The position numbers and the translations under genes are program-made. Under the pieces are notes generated by a model. It saw only the letters and a list, made by a program, of their open reading frames with translations, did no database searches and was not told the origin of the DNA. 64,000 nucleotides of DNA from assembly GCA_007376265.1 (NCBI GenBank), contig VMFW01000002.1, forward strand, positions 13,970 to 77,969, written 5' to 3'. Shown here one piece after another: positions 1 through 9,208 of this stretch. Origin of the DNA: Parcubacteria group bacterium Gr01-1014_20 (GTDB taxonomy: Bacteria; Patescibacteriota; Minisyncoccia; UBA6257; 2-01-FULL-56-20). The first letter of the stretch is position 1. Each line of letters begins with the position of its first letter.

Positions 1-1431
1 ACCCGCGAGGGGTGGCTTGCCCTTCGGCCTATAATCTTCCAAATCGGGCAACACAACCGGCAAATCCTTCTCCGCCACCGGCTGGATTCCGCACTTTACG
101 CAGTGGGTCATCGGAATCGGCACCCCCCAATATCTTTGCCTCGAAACTGACCAATCCCTGATCTTGTACTGAACCTTCTTCTCCCCCTCCATCTCTTTCG
201 TAATCTCCCACCTAGCCTTCTCCGAATCCACACCATCAAACTTTCCTGAATCAACTAGGTGTCCTTCGCCAGGATAAGCCTCATCCAAAACCGGACAAGT
301 CTTCGCTGGATAATGCGGACAAATTACCATCTTTATCGGTAATTCAAATTTCTTCGCAAATTCAAAATCCCTCTCGTCGTGCCCAGGCACTGCCATAATC
401 GCCCCCGTTCCATACGAACCCAAAACGTAGTCCGAGAGCCACACGGGGATTTCTTCCTTGTTTCCAGGATTTACTGCGTACACGCCCGTAAAAACTCCCG
501 TCTTATCTTTTTGATTCTCTAATCTATCCAGCTCCTTTTTGCCCAAACTCTTTCGAATGTACTCTCTCACCTCTTCGCTTGTCTGCCATCCCACGTCAAT
601 CCATTTTTGCGCCAACTCCGGCGAAACCACCAAAAAAGTTGCCCCGAAAAGCGTATCTGGTCGAGTGGTGAAAACTTCCACCGAATGTTTCCGGTCCGGC
701 TGCCCAGGCACCTTGACTAAGGAAAATTTCAGAAGCGCCCCCTCGGATTTTCCAATCCAATCTTTTTGTCGCTTTATCGTCGCCTCCGGCCAATCCAAAT
801 TCTTCAAATCAGAAAGTAATCGCTCGGCATAATCGGTGATTTTCAAAAACCACTGCTCCATATCCTTCTGAACCACCTCTGACTTGCACCGTTCGCATAC
901 ATTTTTGCCGTCTTTCTGAACCACCTGTTCATTCGCCAAAACCGTCATATCGCTCGGACACCAATTCACTTTTGCTTTTGCCCGATACGCCAAACCTTTT
1001 TTATAAAGCTGAATAAAAAGCCACTGGGTCCATTTGTAATATTCGGGGTCGGAGGTATTAATCTCCCTCTCCCAATCATAAGACAGCCCAAACATCTGCA
1101 CCTGCCGCTTAAAGTTTTTGATATTCGCCGCTGCTACTTCCTTCGGATTTTTTCCAACTTTAATCGCGTAGTTTTCTGTAGGCAACCCAAAAGCATCCCA
1201 ACCAATGGAGTATAGAACTTCACGACCCTTCATTCGCATATACCGAGCGTGGACATCTTCGGCGATGTAACCCTTAGGATGACCCACGTGTAAACCTTCC
1301 GCTGAGGGGTAAGGAAAGGTTTCTAGCTGGTAGAACTTGGGCTTTTTCGATTTATCATCAGCTTTAAAGGCCTTAGCTTCAAGCCATCGTTTCTGCCATT
1401 TTTTTTCGATATTTTTAAAGTTATAAGTCAT
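1..1431 (-). CDS. leuS: Leucine--tRNA ligase, N-terminal part (runs off the left edge)
   Basis: Not in the ORF track because it has no stop in the window. Manual translation from ATG 1431 gives MTYNFKNIEKKWQ..FPYPSAEGLHVGH..GWDAFGLP, and near the edge RDWSVSRQRYWGVPIP. Confidence 0.95.
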   Translation of the reverse strand, partial: MTYNFKNIEKKWQKRWLEAKAFKADDKSKKPKFYQLETFPYPSAEGLHVGHPKGYIAEDVHARYMRMKGREVLYSIGWDAFGLPTENYAIKVGKNPKEVAAANIKNFKRQVQMFGLSYDWEREINTSDPEYYKWTQWLFIQLYKKGLAYRAKAKVNWCPSDMTVLANEQVVQKDGKNVCERCKSEVVQKDMEQWFLKITDYAERLLSDLKNLDWPEATIKRQKDWIGKSEGALLKFSLVKVPGQPDRKHSVEVFTTRPDTLFGATFLVVSPELAQKWIDVGWQTSEEVREYIRKSLGKKELDRLENQKDKTGVFTGVYAVNPGNKEEIPVWLSDYVLGSYGTGAIMAVPGHDERDFEFAKKFELPIKMVICPHYPAKTCPVLDEAYPGEGHLVDSGKFDGVDSEKARWEITKEMEGEKKVQYKIRDWSVSRQRYWGVPIPMTHCVKCGIQPVAEKDLPVVLPDLEDYRPKGKPPLAG

Positions 1432-1443
1432 TTTTTATGCTTG

Positions 1444-1472
1444 CCCGTCCGTAGCTTTACGCGAAGGAGGGC
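1444..1472. repeat. Short imperfect palindrome (CCCGTCCGTAGCTTTACGCGAAGGAGGG), REP-like
   Basis: Imperfect hairpin just upstream of leuS. Resembles the GTCCGTAGC..GCGAAGG palindromes seen in Parcubacteria; GTCCGTAGC recurs near 53489. Confidence 0.5.
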
Positions 1473-1618
1473 CATTTTTCTCTATTTTCTTAAAGTCGTA
1501 TTTAGCCACGTTTTCTAATGATATTCTAAAAATCAGCTGTTCGCAAAAATTGACCGGACCAGCAAATTAATATACGATCGCAAGAAGTTCATTGAGATAA
1601 AAACCACGGGGAGGGTAA

Positions 1619-2038
1619 ATGAGTGATTGGGTAAAGCGTGGCCTGGGAATTGAGACATCAAATGAAATTGCCACGGCCGTAATCGTAACTGCTCGCGAAG
1701 CCACTAAAATTACTAAAGAAACCCACGAAGCGGTCAACCTAACCATCCCCGACCCCCTTATGATGGGAGACGATATCCTCGATGCGTTCGCAATTATCTG
1801 TTCAAAAAACGGCAGGTCCTTGCCGAGAAAAACCGTAGCTCTGATAGTTGATGACGCCATCTACGAAAACCTGGCCGATGATTCGAAAGAAATCAGAATT
1901 AAACTCTTCGACCCCCAAATCATGTCAATCACCGAAATTGAATTCGGCAAGATTGCGACTAAACTCGGAGTCGATGTTTCCATAGAAATGCCCGAAGAAA
2001 CCTCCGAGACAAGTGACGAGGCTAGCCCAACCGGCTAG
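1619..2038 (+). CDS. Hypothetical protein
   Basis: 139-aa ORF with a GGGAGG SD and TTGACC..TACGAT promoter-like sequence upstream; no recognisable motif. Confidence 0.7.
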   Translation: MSDWVKRGLGIETSNEIATAVIVTAREATKITKETHEAVNLTIPDPLMMGDDILDAFAIICSKNGRSLPRKTVALIVDDAIYENLADDSKEIRIKLFDPQIMSITEIEFGKIATKLGVDVSIEMPEETSETSDEASPTG

Positions 2039-2061
2039 CCTCTTTTTTATCGTAAAAACAA

Positions 2062-2092
2062 AAAACCCGTTCCAGTAGCTACCGGAACGGGT
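2062..2092. terminator. Intrinsic terminator-like hairpin between convergent genes
   Basis: ACCCGTTCC...GGAACGGGT flanked by A-tracts; a near-identical stem occurs at 47993-48026. Confidence 0.6.
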
Positions 2093-2115
2093 CATAAAAA
2101 AACCGACGTCACTCG

Positions 2116-2418
2116 TCACGCAAGGAGCTGTTTTGCCCTAGTGCGAATGGTCTCTTCGACTCTCCCCTTATATCCTCCTGCGAGAAACGGCAGGTTTCCT
2201 TCAACAGTCACATCACGGGCAGTAACCGTTAAGGTACCGGAAATACTGAAACCCATCACTGTAAAACTGAACACCCCCGAGTTACCTCTCCACTCCTCAT
2301 GCAAGTCGTTAACCTTGCCCGCGTACTGCGCTTTGACCTGGTCCAAGAGCTTCTTAGTTCGAGCGAGCGCCTCTTCTTGGGCAAGACAGTGCTTTTCCGT
2401 AACTACGATTTTCGGCAT
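2116..2418 (-). CDS. Polyhydroxyalkanoic acid system (PHA_gran_rgn-like) family protein
   Basis: 100 aa with the pattern H.L...EA..R.......W.G....F.....G..ISG.L.V....V...G.LP; strong SD. Confidence 0.75.
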   Translation of the reverse strand: MPKIVVTEKHCLAQEEALARTKKLLDQVKAQYAGKVNDLHEEWRGNSGVFSFTVMGFSISGTLTVTARDVTVEGNLPFLAGGYKGRVEETIRTRAKQLLA

Positions 2419-2520
2419 ACCCCTCCTTCTCCTATTCGCACAGCGTTTGAATTTTCCGACTAGATTTTAGCATAAAAACAAAATATGTCAAACCTGAATT
2501 TTACGATCGCACAATCTAAC

Positions 2521-3381
2521 CTATAACCTGAAAACCGTTTTAGCATTTCCCCAAATTTGATCGGCCATCTCTTCTTCAGAAACTCCTTTAATTTCCGCCA
2601 GCTTCCGAACCACGTAAACCACATACGCCGGTTCATTTCTTTTTCCCCTAAACGGCTCTGGTGCCACATACGGCGCATCCGTCTCTGATAAAATCCGATC
2701 CATCGGAATCATCTTGATCACTTCCTCATAAGCACCAGCCTGCTGCCCGGCCTTCGGCGGGAAAGTTATCACCCCCCCAAATGTAAAGGAAAATCCTAAA
2801 TCCAAAAGTTTCTTAGCGTCCTCGATTGTCCCGGTGAAAAAATGAATAACTCCCGGCTTATCGTTTAACTTAGCCTTATTCACCTCGAGAATTTCAATCA
2901 AATCCGAAAACGCATCTCGACAGTGAATCATGAGTGGCTTTTTAACATCAAACGCCAACTCAATCTGACTCACAAAAGCCTCCGCTTGCCGTTTTTTGCT
3001 CCCCTCTCCCAATCTAAAGTAATCCAATCCACACTCCCCTATCGCCAATGTCTTCGAATCCAATGCTAATTTTTTGTAATATTCGTAATCAAAATCTTCG
3101 CCTCTTGAGGTGAATCCGCCTTCATCACCACCAGCACCCAGCTCCTTAACGTCATGGTAAGATTTCTCCGTATGAATCGGGTGCAAACCCACCACCGCCC
3201 ACACGTCCTCTGCGAATTCATGAGCTACTTCCACTGCCTTCGCCGAAGTGTCTTTCTGCGTCCCAACATTTATAACCGCAACGCCGGCTTCAAGAGCTCG
3301 GCCAATTACTTCTTTATAATCCTCTTTAAACGCCGCAAAATGCGCGTGCGTATGGGCGTCAACGTACTTGGTTTTAGGCAT
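2521..3381 (-). CDS. tatD: TatD family deoxyribonuclease
   Basis: DAHTH, GLHP, AIGECGLDY, IHCR, ETDAPY, RGKRNEP motifs; probable start MPKTK. Confidence 0.93.
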   Translation of the reverse strand: MPKTKYVDAHTHAHFAAFKEDYKEVIGRALEAGVAVINVGTQKDTSAKAVEVAHEFAEDVWAVVGLHPIHTEKSYHDVKELGAGGDEGGFTSRGEDFDYEYYKKLALDSKTLAIGECGLDYFRLGEGSKKRQAEAFVSQIELAFDVKKPLMIHCRDAFSDLIEILEVNKAKLNDKPGVIHFFTGTIEDAKKLLDLGFSFTFGGVITFPPKAGQQAGAYEEVIKMIPMDRILSETDAPYVAPEPFRGKRNEPAYVVYVVRKLAEIKGVSEEEMADQIWGNAKTVFRL

Positions 3382-3449
3382 ATTTGAAAATATTATCATA
3401 AGGCGCTAGGATAAAAATAGACCTTAAACAACTAGAAAAGGAGGCAAGC

Positions 3450-4178
3450 ATGACGGCTCAAACCGCAACGGTAACCTGGTATGGCGCTTTTGAACTCAAG
3501 CGAGACTACCAGAAACACCTTCGCTACGGCATCACCTTTGCCGCACTCTTCGCACTGTCAGTACTCGGAGCCTACAAAACTCTCGTCACCGAAACCATCG
3601 CTAAAAACGAAATCATCACTGTTTACGAACCACCACATCCGGTTCCACCGCCCCGAACCAGAGATCGCGTGCCTTTGCCGCCAATAGTCACTAACGCCGC
3701 TCCGCCAGTGCCAGTAATCGGCATCCCCACTCCAGTACCCGATGCAGAAGTTGCAGAATCACCAGTTTTTCCTACGAAGAACGAAATTGCCAACACAGGT
3801 CCTTTCTCTCCTGAAGGCACGGGTACAGGCAATAACGCGATAGTCGACGTCCCCAACGGAAACTTCGGCGACTACTTTCCAACCCCAGACGAATTCATGG
3901 CTGTCGAAGAAATGCCGGTCATGATAAGCAAGGTCTCACCCGTTTATCCCGAGGTTGCCTTACTCACCAATCGAGAGGCTACGGTTTGGATCAAAGCCCT
4001 GATTGACAAAGAAGGCAGGGTTCGGGAAGTGCGCATCGCCAAATCCTCTGGATCAAATGTTGGTTTCGACGAGGCCGCTCTAGACGCTGCCTGGAAAAAC
4101 CTCTACAAACCAGCCATTCAAAACGGCCGCCCGGTTGCGATCTGGGTTACGTACCCAGTCGAGTTCAAACTCAAATAA
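3450..4178 (+). CDS. tonB: Energy transducer TonB family protein
   Basis: N-terminal YGAFELKRDY plus TM helix, Pro-rich linker, C-terminal TonB_C (PVYPEVA..ID.EGRV..FDEAALDA..PAIQNGRPV..PVEFKL); AAGGAGG SD. Confidence 0.88.
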   Translation: MTAQTATVTWYGAFELKRDYQKHLRYGITFAALFALSVLGAYKTLVTETIAKNEIITVYEPPHPVPPPRTRDRVPLPPIVTNAAPPVPVIGIPTPVPDAEVAESPVFPTKNEIANTGPFSPEGTGTGNNAIVDVPNGNFGDYFPTPDEFMAVEEMPVMISKVSPVYPEVALLTNREATVWIKALIDKEGRVREVRIAKSSGSNVGFDEAALDAAWKNLYKPAIQNGRPVAIWVTYPVEFKLK

Positions 4179-4190
4179 AGGAGAGGCGTC

Positions 4191-4235
4191 ATGAACCACA
4201 CCTGGGGTAAACGCTGGGCTCGTGTGCTCGGCTAA
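4191..4235 (+). CDS. Possible 14-aa micropeptide MNHTWGKRWARVLG
   Basis: AAGGAGAGG SD directly after the tonB stop and before the terminator. Confidence 0.3.
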   Translation: MNHTWGKRWARVLG

Positions 4236-4243
4236 AACCATAA

Positions 4244-4271
4244 AGGCGCGGAAACAAAACCGCGCCTTTTT
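4244..4271 (+). repeat. 28-bp direct repeat copy 1 / intrinsic terminator (AGGCGCGGAAACAAAACCGCGCCTTTTT)
   Basis: Exact match to 5298-5325; 8-bp stem followed by a T-tract. Confidence 0.9.
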
Positions 4272-4335
4272 CTTTGACGTAGCAAAGAAAAATCTATAAG
4301 ATACCAAAACCAGCAACTTAACAAGGAGATTATAA

Positions 4336-4998
4336 ATGGATAGTCCCAAACTAGCCGCCTTGGATTGGAACGGCACTACTCTCAACGATCGAAACTCCGC
4401 CTGGAGAGGAATTAAGGCCATTTTCAATCACTATCAGATCCAAGCCCCTCAAGCCGATAACTTTTTCGATAGCTCCCAACCCGACTACCTTCCTGTATAC
4501 CACCAACACGGAATCCCCAAGCACGCCAGCAAAGACGATCTAAATAAAATCTGGCAAAGACATTATGGAGACTACACCAGTGATGGCCAGCTAAGAGAAG
4601 GTGTTATTGAGCTTCTCGAGTTCTTAAAAAATCTGGGCATAAAAACCGCCATCATTAGCGCCGAGTTTGGGCCAGTGCTCGAAAAAAGACTCAATCAATT
4701 GGAACTCCGCGAACTTCTTGATCTGGCCTGGGGTGATTGCCTCGACAAGAGTCTAGCCCTCGCAAAGGCCGCAAATGAACTTGGTATCCCCGCGGCCAAA
4801 GTCATCTACGTCGATGATAACTACCACGGCCTGATCCAAGCTAAGGCGACCAAAGTAATAACCGTTGGCTTTACTGGTGGGTGGCAGTCACCCAGCAAAA
4901 TCAGCCAAGCCAACCCTGACTTTCTAGCTTCCAACTTCTACGAAGTTAGGCAAGTCGTTGAAACCCTTCGGAACCTTCAAGAACAAGGTGCTACATGA
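4336..4998 (+). CDS. HAD-superfamily hydrolase (phosphoglycolate phosphatase-like)
   Basis: Motif I DWNGTT, motif II IIS, motif III K, motif IV YVDD; AAGGAG SD. Confidence 0.85.
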   Translation: MDSPKLAALDWNGTTLNDRNSAWRGIKAIFNHYQIQAPQADNFFDSSQPDYLPVYHQHGIPKHASKDDLNKIWQRHYGDYTSDGQLREGVIELLEFLKNLGIKTAIISAEFGPVLEKRLNQLELRELLDLAWGDCLDKSLALAKAANELGIPAAKVIYVDDNYHGLIQAKATKVITVGFTGGWQSPSKISQANPDFLASNFYEVRQVVETLRNLQEQGAT

Positions 4999-5297
4999 AA
5001 TACAACAAACTGGTCCGAGACAAAATACCGGACATCATAAAAACAAAAGGTGGAGACTCAAAGACCCATCTCGCCACACTAGAAGAATACCTATCAAAAC
5101 TCGGAGATAAACTTCGAGAAGAGGTGGAAGAATTCCTGAAAGACAAAAACCCGGAAGAGTTGGCGGATATCCTCGAAGTCATCAAAGCGTTCGCAAATCT
5201 CCAAAGCCTAACACTCGCTGACATCGAAAAAATTCGAGCAAAAAAAGCCGAGGAGCGTGGTGGATTCGAAAAACGAATTATCCTCGAAGAAACCTAG
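4995..5297 (+). CDS. MazG-like / PRA-PH nucleoside triphosphate pyrophosphohydrolase
   Basis: YNKLVRDKIP..KLREEVEEF..EELADILEV..RGGFEKRI; ATGA overlap with the HAD gene. Confidence 0.88.
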   Translation: MKYNKLVRDKIPDIIKTKGGDSKTHLATLEEYLSKLGDKLREEVEEFLKDKNPEELADILEVIKAFANLQSLTLADIEKIRAKKAEERGGFEKRIILEET

Positions 5298-6751
5298 AGG
5301 CGCGGAAACAAAACCGCGCCTTTTTTTACCTCCAAATTCTTATCGTCTATCCAAACGATACTCTGAGAAATTTTCCCTGCAGTCTCTGGCAAAAACGGCT
5401 TAAGCAACCCCGCCACGTTATCTAAAATTACAACTAAGTTCAAAATTTCCTTTTTCTTAGACTCCGCCTCTTTCCAAACCTCGTGATCATTTACATATTT
5501 ATCGCCGAAAGAAATAAGTTCGTTTATAGCCCCAATCGCCTCGTGTAGTTTAAATTCATGAATTTTCTTGTCGAGCAAATTTCTGGCGGCCTCGATTTTT
5601 TCCTTAACCGAAGTTTCAACCTTCGAAAATTCCACCTCAAATTTTCCAAATTTTGAAGCTAGGCCTAAAACTCTGGCCGAGAAATTGCCTAAACCATTCG
5701 CCAATTCTCCGTTATAAACTCGCTCTAGATTAGCAACGCTAAAATCTCCGTCCTCATGCGACGGCACTTCTTTCAAGAAATAATAGCGCAGAGCGTCCGT
5801 ACCGTATTTTTTGACCAATTCAATTGGGTCAATCACATTGCCAACCGACTTAGACATCTTTGCTCCCTCAATCGTCAGAAATCCATGCACTAAAATGTGT
5901 TTTGGTAACGGCAAACCTGCCGACAAAAGCATCCCCGGCCAAATCGCCGCGTGAAATCTCAAAATATCTTTCCCAATTAATTGCGCATCCGCCGGCCACC
6001 ACTTTTTCCAGTCTTCGTTTCGGCCATATCCAAGCGCTGAAATATAGTTAGTTAACGCATCGCACCACACGTACATCGTCTGACTAGGATCTCCCGGAAC
6101 CGGCACTCCCCAGGGCAAATCCTTACTCGGCCTAGAAAAACTTACATCTTCCAAACCCTCACTAATCAAAGCCAAAATTTCGTTCGCTCGCCCTTCAGGA
6201 ATTATTCGTAATTCATTATTCCTAATTCGTAATTCTATTTCTTTAGAGTATTTTGATAGTCGAAAGAAATAGTTCTCCTCCTCCACTACCTCCGGCTCCC
6301 TCTGGTGATCTCGGCATTTGCCGTCTACTAAATCTTTTTCGGTAATAAACTTCTCGCACCCTACGCAGTAAAGCCCTTTGTAGTTCTTTTTATAAATATC
6401 GCCGGCCTCAACCAGTTTTTTCCAAATCAACTCCACTCCTGGCCAATGCCTTTCTTTATCGCTCGTCCGAATAAAATCGTCCCAGCTTAAATTGAGCGCG
6501 CCTTTTAGCGCCTTGAAACTCTCCACAATTTCATCCGTAAACACCTGCGGCTCTTTCCCGGCCTCTTGGGCTTTTCTGAAAACCTTCACTCCATGTTCGT
6601 CTGTGCCCGTTAAGTAAAAAGTTTCAAAACCCTTAGCCCTATGATACCGCGCCAAAACATCCGCCTGCACCTTTTCAAGCGCGTGCCCGACATGCGGAGG
6701 CGCGTTCGCATAATCAATCGCCGTTGTAATGTAATACTTCTTCTTTTCCAT
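5294..6751 (-). CDS. metG: Methionine--tRNA ligase (short form)
   Basis: YITTAIDYAN..HVGH, CxxC knuckle, YVWCDAL, KMSKS. Confidence 0.96.
   Translation of the reverse strand: MEKKKYYITTAIDYANAPPHVGHALEKVQADVLARYHRAKGFETFYLTGTDEHGVKVFRKAQEAGKEPQVFTDEIVESFKALKGALNLSWDDFIRTSDKERHWPGVELIWKKLVEAGDIYKKNYKGLYCVGCEKFITEKDLVDGKCRDHQREPEVVEEENYFFRLSKYSKEIELRIRNNELRIIPEGRANEILALISEGLEDVSFSRPSKDLPWGVPVPGDPSQTMYVWCDALTNYISALGYGRNEDWKKWWPADAQLIGKDILRFHAAIWPGMLLSAGLPLPKHILVHGFLTIEGAKMSKSVGNVIDPIELVKKYGTDALRYYFLKEVPSHEDGDFSVANLERVYNGELANGLGNFSARVLGLASKFGKFEVEFSKVETSVKEKIEAARNLLDKKIHEFKLHEAIGAINELISFGDKYVNDHEVWKEAESKKKEILNLVVILDNVAGLLKPFLPETAGKISQSIVWIDDKNLEVKKGAVLFPRL
5298..5325 (+). repeat. 28-bp direct repeat copy 2, inside the last codons of metG; terminator for the HAD-MazG pair
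   Basis: Identical to 4244-4271; encodes KGAVLFPRL on the minus strand. Confidence 0.9.
6203..6237. repeat. Degenerate heptamer tandem repeat (5 units) within metG
   Basis: TATTCGT AATTCAT TATTCCT AATTCGT AATTCTA, encoding ELRIRNNELRI. Confidence 0.65.
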
Positions 6752-6853
6752 GGGAGTGTTCGCTAATAATGCTAATTCTAACCAAATAACGCAAATAGGT
6801 CTATAAAATAAAAAAATGCCCCGCCGGTTATAAAAACCAAACGGGGCATGAAG

Positions 6854-7420
6854 TTAGTCGCAGTCCAAAGTCGCTGCATAGAGACCGCTTGAGCAGGTTT
6901 CGAGCCAAACGTACTCGCGAATCCACTTCCCTGCCTCTTGTGGGTGCCATATGCCACCAACCGCCAGATTTCCCTTCCGATCCTGATACGTCGTTGCCAG
7001 AAACAGGATAAGGCAGGCTTCGTTCCAGTCCTCCGGAATCAAATAGGGATATTTGAGCAAATAATCCAAAACATTTCCATTCAAAACCGGCTTTCCCCTA
7101 AATTTCTCCATCATTTCACTTGGGCGACCAAGGTGAAGATCCCACGCTGACCAGAGCTTAACTCCCTTTGGATTCCACATGATGGGCTTGCGCCTAATGT
7201 GGCTGATGATTTCCCAACCTTCTGGCTTTGAAGGTTCAGCGCGACAGTTGATCACGTGCCTGCTCAAGTCAACGTGATGACCAAGCATGAAATCCCGAAC
7301 ATCAGAAGCAGTGTGTCCTTCGCAGAACCGCTTAACCTCGTCACTACTCCAACCAGCCTTTCGAAGCGCCAACTTGATCTCGTTGGCCTGTCCGACATCG
7401 AGTGTTTCAAGCGCACTCAT
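6854..7420 (-). CDS. Hypothetical protein (CPR-type family, LDYLL.YP.LIPEDW motif)
   Basis: 188 aa with a GAGGAG SD, its own TTGACG-17-TATAAG promoter (7536-7564) and a downstream hairpin (6816-6850). Confidence 0.75.
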   Translation of the reverse strand: MSALETLDVGQANEIKLALRKAGWSSDEVKRFCEGHTASDVRDFMLGHHVDLSRHVINCRAEPSKPEGWEIISHIRRKPIMWNPKGVKLWSAWDLHLGRPSEMMEKFRGKPVLNGNVLDYLLKYPYLIPEDWNEACLILFLATTYQDRKGNLAVGGIWHPQEAGKWIREYVWLETCSSGLYAATLDCD

Positions 7421-7612
7421 AGTCGTCTCCTCTCATCGCGACAATGTTCTCTAACCACAAGAACTGCGTCGCTTCTAAAGCAGTCGTCCGATTCCGTCGG
7501 AACACGGGATCCTTGGCTCTCAAGGAACTAGCCATCTTATACTACTTCCTAGTCGTCCCGTCAACCGTCCTCCCCCTTCAGTTTCAAGAAGGTTGAGGAC
7601 AAAAGAATAGAA

Positions 7613-7755
7613 GCTGGAAGTTTATTTGAGAAAGCTCTCGGAGGCACAAAAGCTTGGCTCCCCTGACGTTACGTCGGGGGATTTTTGTGCCGAGAGGCAG
7701 CGGGCAATTTTCGCGGGAAAAATTGAACCGCGATTTTGAAAAGAAACTTCCGAGC
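7613..7755 (+). repeat. Structured intergenic element, copy A
   Basis: Imperfect terminal inverted repeats enclosing two hairpin arms; homologous to 9061-9204 and 38885-38995. Confidence 0.8.
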
Positions 7756-7757
7756 GA

Positions 7758-9023
7758 CTAGAATTTCAAAATCTTCCTGAAACTCTCACTTTCTTTGTAT
7801 GGCCCAATCACCGCCAAGTTAAGTCCTCGATCCACAAAAAGCGTCTTCGCCACCGCGCGAATCTCCTCCGCCCTAACCGCTTTCACGTTTTTAATAACTT
7901 CCTCTGGCTCTTTGGTTTTTCTCGTAATTATCTCTTGCCCACCGTAATAGCTGGCCAAATCGTCCGATCCCTCAAGTCCCAAAATAAAATTCCCGATTAA
8001 ATGGTCTTTAGACTTCTGAAGCTCTACCTCCGGCACCAATTCCGTAGTCAATCTTTTCATTTCTTCCAAAACCGCTTTTATAACAATCTCAATTTTTAAG
8101 TGATCCACGCCAGCCGCGACCGACATATACCCATGGTCCAGTGTTAAATCGGAATCAGCTTTCACATAATAGGCCGCCCCTAAATCATCTCTCACCTTGC
8201 GAAACAATCGCGAGCTCATCCCTCCGCCCAGAACGTTCCCCAAAACTTGAAGCGCGTGTCGCCTCTTATCAAAAACATCGAAAGCTCGGACTCCTAGTAC
8301 TAAATGGCTCTGGTCTGACTCTTTAAATTTTATCGAAAGCTCCGGCTTAGACTGTTTTTCAGTTGTCTTCAGCTTCTTAGGCGCCGGCAATTTTTTCAAA
8401 TGGCCAAAAGTTTCCTTGATCTGTCCCAAAACGTTTTTCTCTTGAAATGCTCCGGCCACGACTACCACCGTCTTCGACGCCACATAGTGTTTGGTTCGGT
8501 AAGTTTCAAACTGATCCCGCTTAAGCTCCCTAATCACCTCCTTTCTCCCAGCGATATCCCAACCTGCCGGTTGATCACCATACAAAAGCCCCGAAAAAAG
8601 TTCGTGCACCCTCCTCATCGGCGTGTCTTCATACATGTTAATCTCCTCAATAATCACGCCTCGCTCTTTCTCAATCTCCTCCGGAATAAAAATCGGATTT
8701 AGATATAAATCCGACACCAAATCCAACGCCTTTGCAATTTTCTCTTTCTGAACCTTAGCGTAATAACCCGTATACTGCCCTCCCGTGAAAGCGTTGTACT
8801 CCGCCCCCAAGCTGTCGAGTTCATTGGCAATCATCCCCCGTTTTGGTCGATTTTTAGTGCCTTTAAACATCAAATGTTCCAGGAAGTGGGACAAGCCATT
8901 GATATTTTTCGTTTCGTATTCCGACCCAGCCTCAACCAAAATCAAAACCGTCGCCGCCAAAGTGGATGCCTGCGGCACCAAAATCACCCTCAAACCGTTC
9001 TTTAAAGTTAACTTTTTATGCAT
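7758..9023 (-). CDS. M16 family (pitrilysin-like) zinc peptidase
   Basis: HFLEHLMFKGT (HxxEH), NAFT, ERGVIIEEI, GGGMSSRLF..VR...G.AY. Confidence 0.93.
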   Translation of the reverse strand: MHKKLTLKNGLRVILVPQASTLAATVLILVEAGSEYETKNINGLSHFLEHLMFKGTKNRPKRGMIANELDSLGAEYNAFTGGQYTGYYAKVQKEKIAKALDLVSDLYLNPIFIPEEIEKERGVIIEEINMYEDTPMRRVHELFSGLLYGDQPAGWDIAGRKEVIRELKRDQFETYRTKHYVASKTVVVVAGAFQEKNVLGQIKETFGHLKKLPAPKKLKTTEKQSKPELSIKFKESDQSHLVLGVRAFDVFDKRRHALQVLGNVLGGGMSSRLFRKVRDDLGAAYYVKADSDLTLDHGYMSVAAGVDHLKIEIVIKAVLEEMKRLTTELVPEVELQKSKDHLIGNFILGLEGSDDLASYYGGQEIITRKTKEPEEVIKNVKAVRAEEIRAVAKTLFVDRGLNLAVIGPYKESESFRKILKF

Positions 9024-9060
9024 TAAGTCTATTTATACCAGAAAAAACTCGAATACAAAA

Positions 9061-9204
9061 ATTTCGAGGATTTATTTTGAGAAAGCTCTCGAAGGCGCGA
9101 AAAGCTCGGTCTCCGCCAAAGCGGGTTTTTCGCGCCGAGGGGCAGCGGGCGATTCATCACCGGAGTGAATCGAACCTCGGTTTCGAGAAACATATCCTCA
9201 AAAT
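9061..9204 (+). repeat. Structured intergenic element, copy B
   Basis: Same architecture as copy A, with compensatory base changes. Confidence 0.8.
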
Positions 9205-9208
9205 ACCT

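Noticed and set aside
29..832. Short ORFs at the window start
   Set aside because: Alternate-frame or antisense fragments within leuS, which reads open to the window edge.
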